Source: a virus
Strand: one strand, 5' to 3'
DNA: 19,087 bases
IMG/VR virus record: IMGVR_UViG_3300043386_000006
Coordinates: 1 to 19,087 of that record
Of this stretch, positions 1 to 4,859 are shown in pieces. Within the stretch, counting starts at the first letter, position 1. Every line of letters starts with the position of its first letter. The position numbers were made by a program, and so were the translations under genes. The notes under the pieces were generated by a model. The model had not been told where the DNA came from. It saw nothing but the letters and a program-made list of their open reading frames with translations, and did no database searches.

Positions 1-115
1 GCGCCGGCACGAGGCGCTCGCCGGCGCTGTCCAGGGCGTCGAACGGGGTGAGCTGCCACCGGGCTTGGTAGTCGGTGATGATCCCGTCGACGTCGTAGTC
101 GGACTCGAGTCCGCT
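1..115. repeat. Left copy of an exact 115-bp terminal direct repeat (identical to 18973..19087)
   Basis: Read directly: gcgccggcacgaggcgctcgccggcgctgtcc...gtcgtagtcggactcgagtccgct is present at both ends of the window. The repeat lies inside an open reading frame, so it is most simply the overlap of a circular or concatemeric assembly. Confidence 0.95.
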
Positions 116-568
116 CAGACTCTGGACGATCTGGGCCCTGAGGTCCCGGTCGGTGTACGGCTCGGGGAACTGTTCGGCACCTGCGGGGTTGCCGGAGCGG
201 TCCGCGGCCGCTTCCGGGTCGTCCGGCTGGTCGTCGTGGCTGGTAATCAAGGGTTGTCCACCTTCCGGGTGAATGTCCGATGCATCATAATTGTCGTTTT
301 GGTGCAGTGGTTCGCCCTGGATATCGACGTGGCTGTCCGGGCCGATGCACGGGCACAGAGTGCAGTCCCCGGCCTCGTCGTGGTCGCTCTGTTTGTGCTG
401 GCACCCAAGGTTGGCGCACTCAGGTTCGGTGATCACGTAATCCGCCTTTTGATGTAGTCCCTCAAACTGCCTCATATGCCACCGGTCGATACATGGCCGT
501 TCGTCACCATCGAGCATCATCAGCACCGCGCCGGAACGGCCGCACGTAGGACAGCGGCCGGCCGTCAT
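1..568 (-). CDS. Hypothetical Cys-rich, acidic protein: N-terminal part of an ORF that crosses the window junction and continues at 18972..18644 (298 aa in total)
   Basis: Not in the ORF track because it has no stop inside the left edge. Hand translation of the minus strand from ATG 568..566 gives MTAGRCPTCGRSGAVLMMLDGDERPCIDRWHMRQFEGLHQKADYVITEPECANLGCQHKQSDHDEAGDCTLCPCIGPDSHVDIQGEP... There is an in-frame stop just upstream (586..584) and an ATGA overlap with the stop of the 565..759 gene. Third codon positions are mostly G/C. The frame runs through the 115-bp repeat into track ORF 18644..18982, and 568+329 nt = 897 nt = 299 codons. Confidence 0.75.
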   Translation of the reverse strand, partial: MTAGRCPTCGRSGAVLMMLDGDERPCIDRWHMRQFEGLHQKADYVITEPECANLGCQHKQSDHDEAGDCTLCPCIGPDSHVDIQGEPLHQNDNYDASDIHPEGGQPLITSHDDQPDDPEAAADRSGNPAGAEQFPEPYTDRDLRAQIVQSLSGLESDYDVDGIITDYQARWQLTPFDALDSAGERLVPA

Positions 569-759
569 GCGCCGTGCCTCAGCTCAAACCACCGATTCGG
601 CCAGATGCGCCACCCCTCAGCCCGTCTGAAGTAGCCCTTGTTGATCCGGACGGGATGGAGCAGTCCGAACGTGTGCGGCTGGTGAGCGACCAGGGTGTCA
701 TTGCAGGCAACGTACCGGCGCCACGCCGCCGCGCGTCGCCGCTGCCGGGCCCGGCTCAC
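565..759 (-). CDS. Hypothetical small basic protein (64 aa from GTG 759; alternative ATG 777 gives 70 aa)
   Basis: This is the C-terminal part of track ORF 565..864: ...SRARQRRRAAAWRRYVACNDTLVAHQPHTFGLLHPVRINKGYFRRAEGWRIWPNRWFELRHGA. It has a GTGA overlap with the stop of 756..983 and an ATGA overlap with the start of the junction-spanning ORF. The upstream 30 codons of the track ORF are Pro/Arg-rich and overlap the previous gene. Confidence 0.55.
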   Translation of the reverse strand: MSRARQRRRAAAWRRYVACNDTLVAHQPHTFGLLHPVRINKGYFRRAEGWRIWPNRWFELRHGA

Positions 760-983
760 GGCCGTACCGCCCTGCATACGCACTCGCAGACGTGCGGGGC
801 CCGGCGTGGGCGGTAGCAGCGGCACATGAACATCGTGCCGATCTCCTGCCAGCGCCGGCCGCATGCCTCCCGCGGAGCTTCGGCCGCAGGATTTCCTGTC
901 CGGGGTGCGGAGCTCGCGGGCTCCGACAGGAGATTTTGCGGCGCCGGCGCCATCCGGGCGCCGGCGTCGAATGGTCCGGTCAT
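756..983 (-). CDS. Hypothetical 75-aa protein with a Cys-rich C-terminus (MFMCRCYRPRRAPHVCECVCRAVRP); contains repeat copy A
   Basis: This is the internal ATG (983) of track ORF 756..1025. There are ATGA/GTGA overlaps at both ends. Third positions are mostly G/C except across the embedded hairpin element (codons caa aat ... gca ... aca gga aat cct). Confidence 0.45.
   Translation of the reverse strand: MTGPFDAGARMAPAPQNLLSEPASSAPRTGNPAAEAPREACGRRWQEIGTMFMCRCYRPRRAPHVCECVCRAVRP
885..942. repeat. Copy A of a roughly 58-bp hairpin element, degenerate, in opposite orientation to copy B at 12642..12699
   Basis: The 36-nt core 888..923, aggatttcctgtccggggtgcggagctcgcgggctc, is identical to the reverse complement of 12660..12695. 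The flanks match with a few substitutions. The second arm (ccgacaggagatttt) has diverged, so the stem is imperfect. Confidence 0.9.
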
Positions 984-1078
984 CCTCGAAACACCCCGCC
1001 GGCGTACCAGCTGTAAACCGCGCACGCGGCGAGGAACGCGGCCAGCGTGACGAGGCGGAACCTCTCGCGCCCGGTCAT
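980..1078 (-). CDS. Putative 32-aa single-pass membrane peptide
   Basis: MTGRERFRLVTLAAFLAACAVYSWYAGGVFRG. ATG 1078 overlaps the stop of 1075..1425 (ATGA) and its stop overlaps ATG 983 (ATGA). It has a hydrophobic core. It is short, so support is weak. Confidence 0.4.
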   Translation of the reverse strand: MTGRERFRLVTLAAFLAACAVYSWYAGGVFRG

Positions 1079-1425
1079 CCTCGCCACGCTCGCGGGTCTT
1101 CGTCGTCCATCGGGCACGGGATCGAGCACTCGCCGTTGCAATCGTGATCGCGGCGCGGCAGCTCGATCACGGGAGCGAGGGTCGGCGGGACGTCCGGCAG
1201 CGCGGCGAACTTCGGGGTGTTGTTGCGGATCCTGGCAACAGCGGACGGGGTGGGCCACGCGCCGATGATGTCGGTAAGGAACGTGGTCACGATCGCGACC
1301 AGGGCCTGAGTCGCCGCGGTTCCGCCGCGGTAGCCATCGGCCCGGCGGGCAACGGCGTACGCGGCACGTAGGTACTGGTCGACATCTTTCGCGAACTGTT
1401 CAGAATCATTCGCATCGAGGGGCAT
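1075..1425 (-). CDS. Hypothetical protein (116 aa)
   Basis: Track ORF 1075..1434 is trimmed to ATG 1425, which is preceded by GAAAGG 8 nt upstream (cgaaaggtgacaccgATG). Third positions are strongly G/C. The C-terminus CNGECSIPCP is Cys-rich. No family was recognised. Confidence 0.7.
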   Translation of the reverse strand: MPLDANDSEQFAKDVDQYLRAAYAVARRADGYRGGTAATQALVAIVTTFLTDIIGAWPTPSAVARIRNNTPKFAALPDVPPTLAPVIELPRRDHDCNGECSIPCPMDDEDPRAWRG

Positions 1426-2209
1426 CGGTGTCACCTTTCGAGTGAATGTTGCGCTTTGCTGTTGACTTTCTGGGTTGGATCTTTACTGCCTGCCGGAGGG
1501 AGCGAGGAAGGGAGCACCCCACCCCTACTCGGACAATTGTTCGAGTAGGAGCGGGGTGGAAGCTGCCGTCAGTCGGTCGTCGGTCGCGTTCCACGCTCAG
1601 GGCATTACTCCTGAGCTAGGGCGGGATATGACGATGCCTCTCCACCCGGTGGCCACTCGGCCGCGCCGGTCCCGAATCGGGCCTTTGGGCTGCTGGTTGC
1701 CTCCACCGGGTCGCGCTCTGCACGCGGGACTTTGGGCCTACCGTCTGCGCCGCGGGCTCGCGCCCGGGGTCAACAAGTCCGTGGGGATCGTCTCCATCGC
1801 GCGTGGCTAGCTTCTGAGGCACGGGACGCGGGGCCCGGTCGTTTGGTTCGCGACTCAGGGTCGCACGTAGTTTCCGCCCATCTACGTTCGTGAATCCGCA
1901 GGCTGCAACCCCAACGTGCCGAATGGTGACCTCGGCGTGATTCCGCAGGATGTTTCCGGTATCCTGAGCCCTAGTGTTTTTTGGCTCGCACAGCATGATC
2001 GCTCCCCGGTCGGACTGCAACCCACCGCGCGGAGCGATTTTGCTTTTCTGGCTCACGCGGTCGCCTTCTTCCTGCGCGGTAGATAGCGGCGGCCGCCCGC
2101 CCAGTCCATCAGCCACACCCCTAGCGGGGGGCATTCCGCGGCCGGCGCGTGCCGGGCGCCGCACGTGTGTGTGCGCCACCTCGTAGACACGTGCGCGGCC
2201 GGTATCGCG
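1426..2209. other. 784-bp ORF-poor, stem-loop- and repeat-rich non-coding region (candidate origin or structured RNA)
   Basis: No frame has coding-like third-position bias. Stem-loops occur at 1519..1559, 1595..1616, 1865..1887, 1998..2038 and 2160..2195. Direct repeats occur at 1678/1725 and 1889/1936 (both 47 bp apart). G+C is locally lower, with A/T runs. Confidence 0.7.
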
Positions 2210-2509
2210 CTAGGCATGGCTCGGCGCGAAGTGCTGTCCGAGCCCAGGCCGTACCGCGGCCATGTCCTCCTTGGTGGGGAGACGGCCGATCTTGTCGCGG
2301 ACCGCGGCGACGTCCGTCACCTCGCTGCCGAGGAGCATGGTCGGCACCTGCTCCCCTGGTGCGCCGGACGGTCGGTAGCCTCGCATGACTCCCCGGCTGA
2401 TCATGCGGTCCACCGTTCGGGTGGAGCATCGTAGCTGCGTGGCCGCTAGCTGCCTGGTCACGTAGCCAGACATGAACGGTCGGGTCACGGTCTGCGCATT
2501 CTCATCCAT
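2210..2509 (-). CDS. Helix-turn-helix DNA-binding protein (excisionase/MerR-like HTH), 99 aa
   Basis: Track ORF 2210..2668 is trimmed to ATG 2509 (MDENAQTVTRPFMSGYVTRQLAATQLRCSTRTVDRMISRGVMRGYRPSG...). The segment YVTRQLAATQLRCSTRTVDRMISRG reads as a typical phage HTH. The upstream 53 track codons overlap the divergent plus-strand gene. Confidence 0.7.
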   Translation of the reverse strand: MDENAQTVTRPFMSGYVTRQLAATQLRCSTRTVDRMISRGVMRGYRPSGAPGEQVPTMLLGSEVTDVAAVRDKIGRLPTKEDMAAVRPGLGQHFAPSHA

Positions 2510-2555
2510 GCCCACATCTTGACAGGCGTGCGCTTCCAAGCGCAACGTGGTCCGC
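2510..2555. promoter_or_regulatory. Divergent control region with putative overlapping face-to-face promoters and a central dyad
   Basis: Plus strand: TTGACA 2519..2524, 18 nt, CAACGT 2543..2548, 7 nt, ATG 2556. Minus strand: TTGCGC (2545..2540), 18 nt, CAAGAT (2521..2516), 6 nt, ATG 2509. Dyad GCGCTTccAAGCGC lies at 2530..2543. There is no Shine-Dalgarno before either ATG, consistent with leaderless mRNAs. Hexamers are only partial matches. Confidence 0.35.
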
Positions 2556-2903
2556 ATGTTTGACACACTGAAGCTTCCCGATGACCCGACCCCCGGCGAT
2601 TTGTTCCGCGCGATCGCGGACTGGTACGACGGCAATCCGCAGCTGCACATGCCGACCGTGACGCTCAACGACCACCACGTCTACCACCGGCCGGACTACG
2701 CGACCGCGATGGACTACCTGTACGCCGTCGTGCAGTCCAACGTGTCGGATATCCACCACAACAGCGGGTGCCGGTACGCCGCCGTGGACCTGTCCCCGGT
2801 GGCAGGGCCGGGCCGGGTGCGGCTGAACGTGTACGCGCCGCTGCACGCAGGGTGCGACATCGTCAACACCTGTCACCACCCATCGCACACCGAAGAGTCC
2901 TAA
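2556..2903 (+). CDS. Hypothetical protein (115 aa from ATG 2556; GTG 2547 is possible)
   Basis: MFDTLKLPDDPTPGDLFRAIADWYDGNPQLHMPTVTLNDHHVYHRPDYATAMDYLYAVVQSNVSD... Third positions are strongly G/C. His-rich. No family was recognised. Confidence 0.7.
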   Translation: MFDTLKLPDDPTPGDLFRAIADWYDGNPQLHMPTVTLNDHHVYHRPDYATAMDYLYAVVQSNVSDIHHNSGCRYAAVDLSPVAGPGRVRLNVYAPLHAGCDIVNTCHHPSHTEES

Positions 2904-3067
2904 TGGCGCACGACGGGGTGATATCCGCGCGGCTACTGCGGTTGTTCGGCCCGGACGTTGCGGACTGGCCGGCGGTCCGTCTGCCCGATGAGATCACCGA
3001 TATGGACCCGGCGTCCTATGTCGGCATCGACCTGGACCCGGCGCGGCGCGGGCAGGTGCCGCGGTGA
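2903..3067 (+). CDS. Hypothetical small protein (54 aa)
   Basis: This is the internal ATG of track ORF 2768..3067. It overlaps the previous stop (TAATG). MAHDGVISARLLRLFGPDVADWPAVRLPDEITDMDPASYVGIDLDPARRGQVPR. G/C third positions. Confidence 0.55.
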   Translation: MAHDGVISARLLRLFGPDVADWPAVRLPDEITDMDPASYVGIDLDPARRGQVPR

Positions 3068-3276
3068 AGCGGCCGCCGTACGTGCCGCAGCACGCGCACC
3101 GGTCGCCGTGGCCTGTCGACCAGCGGGCCCGGTCGCTCGAGGAACCAGAACCGGCCCGGGTCGACCCGATCCGGTACCTGATCGTCGTCGTCGTAGCCGC
3201 GGTGATCGCCGGCACGGCGGCCGGCGTGCTCGCGGTCGCGTTGGCCGGGCCCGGCCCGGTGTGGGTGTGGCCGTGA
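3064..3276 (+). CDS. Putative single-pass membrane protein (70 aa)
   Basis: GTGA overlap with the previous stop. Hydrophobic segment IRYLIVVVVAAVIAGTAAGVLAVALAG. Confidence 0.55.
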   Translation: MKRPPYVPQHAHRSPWPVDQRARSLEEPEPARVDPIRYLIVVVVAAVIAGTAAGVLAVALAGPGPVWVWP

Positions 3277-3446
3277 CCGCCCCGTACCCGGCCGGGTACC
3301 GGCGCTGCCCGATCTGTCAGGCGTACATCGGGGCGCCGTGCACGACCGCAGCACAGGCGATCATCGACGGGGTGGTGACCGGATCGGGCGTTCAGCTCGA
3401 TCACCCGCACAAGGCCCGGAAGGTTCGGGCGGGCTGGGAAGACTAG
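3273..3446 (+). CDS. Hypothetical small protein with a CxxC-x8-C zinc-ribbon-like motif (57 aa)
   Basis: GTG 3273 overlaps the previous stop (GTGA). MTAPYPAGYRRCPICQAYIGAPCTTAAQAIIDGVVTGSGVQLDHPHKARKVRAGWED. GTG 3261 and 3267 are alternative starts. Confidence 0.5.
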   Translation: MTAPYPAGYRRCPICQAYIGAPCTTAAQAIIDGVVTGSGVQLDHPHKARKVRAGWED

Positions 3447-3455
3447 ACCGGCCAG

Positions 3456-3503
3456 CACAGATCGGCCCGGCACCCAATCGGATGGGTGCCGGGCCGATCT
3501 GTG
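3456..3503. terminator. Bidirectional stem-loop terminator between the convergent plus operon and the minus-strand lysis genes
   Basis: Perfect 20-bp stem cacagatcggcccggcaccc / gggtgccgggccgatctgtg with an 8-nt loop aatcggat. It sits 10 nt after the stop at 3446 and 110 nt after the endolysin stop. There is no U-tract, which is common in high-G+C actinobacterial terminators. Confidence 0.7.
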
Positions 3504-3613
3504 TGTGGACCTCGCCCCCATCGCAGGTGGGAGCTCAGCGCCCGGGACGCGCGTTTCTGGGGGACAGTTGCGCCCGGGACGTCGCCCACCGTAGCGGGCA
3601 ACGTCCATGATCG

Positions 3614-4276
3614 CTATCCCGCCGCAGGGGTGCCGGCGGCGAGCTGCGCTTCGATGCTCTTCAGCCGGGAAATCTTCTCGTCGTTGTGGGCGATCGACTC
3701 CCTACCGGCGTGAATCAGGATGTACTCGAACGCCTGCTCGACCGTGACGACCGTACCGATCGGCTTACCGATGGCCTTACACGCGTCGTCGCTGAGGGTA
3801 AACGTGTCGCTGAGCTGCATTTCGTCTCCGTTCATCTCCCGTAGGAGCGCCTCAGTGTGGGGGAATTTCCACGCACGGCCGTCGCTCTCATTCTGCGAAT
3901 GAGACTCCCAGTGCGTGTGTTCGTCGTGCGGGCTCGAGCCGTTGTAGGCGAGCTCTTTCCAGTTCTGGTTGTCGTGCTGGGCGATCTTGCGGTGTGAGAT
4001 CCACAGGTGCGCCCGGGAGTCCGCTTCGAAGTCCAGCTTGAGCGCCTCGAGGATGGCCCGTTCGTCGTCGGTCCCGTTCGGGGTGCCGGAGTTGAGCAGG
4101 TTGTTGTCCATGTCGAACGCATCGACGGTGCCGTCGCCGTCCGGCTGGTGTTGGCTGGTCCCGCCGTGCGCATCGTCGGCGTACCCACCATCGGATTTGA
4201 TGCTCCGGCGCGGGAGCAGCTTGTTGACCCCGTTGCGCCACGCGGTCAGTGCCGGATTGAGTCCGCCCCAGGTCAT
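3614..4276 (-). CDS. Putative endolysin (zinc-peptidase-like cell-wall hydrolase), 220 aa
   Basis: It lies immediately downstream of, and is ATGA-coupled to, a 2-TM holin-like gene at the end of the tail module. Motifs DDAHGGTSQHQPDGDGTVDAFD and SSPHDEHTHWE resemble the S-x-H...D and H-x-H metal-ligand motifs of peptidoglycan peptidases. The exact family was not resolved by eye. Confidence 0.6.
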   Translation of the reverse strand: MTWGGLNPALTAWRNGVNKLLPRRSIKSDGGYADDAHGGTSQHQPDGDGTVDAFDMDNNLLNSGTPNGTDDERAILEALKLDFEADSRAHLWISHRKIAQHDNQNWKELAYNGSSPHDEHTHWESHSQNESDGRAWKFPHTEALLREMNGDEMQLSDTFTLSDDACKAIGKPIGTVVTVEQAFEYILIHAGRESIAHNDEKISRLKSIEAQLAAGTPAAG

Positions 4277-4566
4277 GGCCGATCGCTCCTGTCCGTGTCG
4301 TCGTTGAGCCGGTTAGTGTTCTCCTCCGCGGCGGACGCGGCCCGGCCGCCCGCCCAGGTGGCCACCGTGTTCACGCCCAGCAGCGGTACCGCGATGGCGA
4401 TGCCGATGGTCTGCACCCAGGACCGGAATTCGGCCAGGTCCTGAGCGTCGCCGTAGATCGACAACAGGACGTAGGCGCCGATCGTCGCCAGTCCGAGCAC
4501 AGTGGTCAGTCCGAAAAACCCGAGTACGACGGCAGTGGGAGCCTTTTTCAGCCAGTCCATGAGCAT
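4273..4566 (-). CDS. Putative holin (97 aa, two hydrophobic segments, charged C-tail)
   Basis: Track ORF 4273..4587 is trimmed to ATG 4566, which is preceded by GGGGAGAGG. Segments APTAVVLGFFGLTTVLGLATIGAYVLLSIY and TIGIAIAVPLLGVNTVATWAGG, then the acidic/basic tail EENTNRLNDDTDRSDRP. It overlaps the endolysin start. Confidence 0.65.
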   Translation of the reverse strand: MLMDWLKKAPTAVVLGFFGLTTVLGLATIGAYVLLSIYGDAQDLAEFRSWVQTIGIAIAVPLLGVNTVATWAGGRAASAAEENTNRLNDDTDRSDRP

Positions 4567-4581
4567 TGGGCCTCTCCCCAG

Positions 4582-4601
4582 GATCACCCGTATGGGTGAT
4601 C
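4582..4601. promoter_or_regulatory. Perfect 8-bp stem / 4-nt loop hairpin or dyad (GATCACCC gtat GGGTGATC) abutting a TAGAAT -10-like hexamer upstream of the lysis genes
   Basis: Read directly. On the minus strand, TAGAAT (4607..4602) sits immediately 5' of the dyad, which lies between 4647..4847 and the holin start. Its function (terminator, operator or promoter element) is undetermined. Confidence 0.35.
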
Positions 4602-4646
4602 ATTCTACGTCTGCCGTACGACTATCTACCCTGGTCAAACGGTCTG

Positions 4647-4847
4647 CTACCCCTCATACGTCGTGTCCAGGTCGACCAGCTCGAGCGGCCCCGTGACGGC
4701 GCCGGCGTCGTCGATGGTCAGCTTGACCGGGTCGGTGCCGGCGGTCGCAAGCCGGGCCCGCGTGCGCGGTACCGCTTCGGGCATGTCGAACCAGGGCTGT
4801 AGGCCCGGCATGCCGTCCGGGTCATAAATCAGGTACTGAGCGAGCAC
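4647..4847 (-). CDS. Hypothetical small protein (66 aa)
   Basis: The GTG start is preceded by AAGGAG 8 nt upstream. MLAQYLIYDPDGMPGLQPWFDMPEAVPRTRARLATAGTDPVKLTIDDAGAVTGPLELVDLDTTYEG. Confidence 0.65.
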   Translation of the reverse strand: MLAQYLIYDPDGMPGLQPWFDMPEAVPRTRARLATAGTDPVKLTIDDAGAVTGPLELVDLDTTYEG

Positions 4848-4859
4848 CGGGGGTTCTCC

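Noticed and set aside
1-115. A genuine virion direct terminal repeat.
   Set aside because: The repeat boundaries fall inside a continuous reading frame and show no distinguishing sequence features. An assembly overlap of a circular or concatemeric molecule is the simpler reading. This remains testable by read-start analysis.
1462-1489. A plus-strand promoter (TTGACT 1462..1467) that would drive antisense transcription into the non-coding region.
   Set aside because: The candidate -10 elements are either 14 nt away (TTTACT) or lack the invariant final T (TACTGC). Spacing and sequence are too poor to call.
1590-1620. tRNA-like D-loop string tagctcagg on the minus strand.
   Set aside because: It is simply one arm of the 7-bp hairpin at 1595..1616. 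I could find no acceptor stem, anticodon arm or T-loop (GTTCRANNC) around it.
1616-2179. A 187-aa minus-strand ORF inside the non-coding region.
   Set aside because: Third-position G/C is clearly weaker than in neighbouring genes. The C-terminal half is Arg/Pro/Gly-rich. There is no SD or coupled start, and the region is full of stem-loops. I keep it only as something for a homology search to exclude.
1950-2207. Extra copies of the GAT(T)ACCGG motif at 1958..1966 (ccggtatcc) and 2199..2207 (ccggtatcg), which might link the non-coding region to the 12601..12640 cluster.
   Set aside because: They lack one T relative to the cluster motif. CCGGTA-type strings are frequent throughout this G+C-rich genome, so the match is too short to distinguish from chance by eye.
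2210-2903. A temperate cI/cro-type immunity switch.
   Set aside because: The divergent HTH gene and small operon resemble a switch. However, no integrase, excisionase-integrase pair, attP-like site or partition system is visible, so a lysogenic lifestyle cannot be inferred from this alone.
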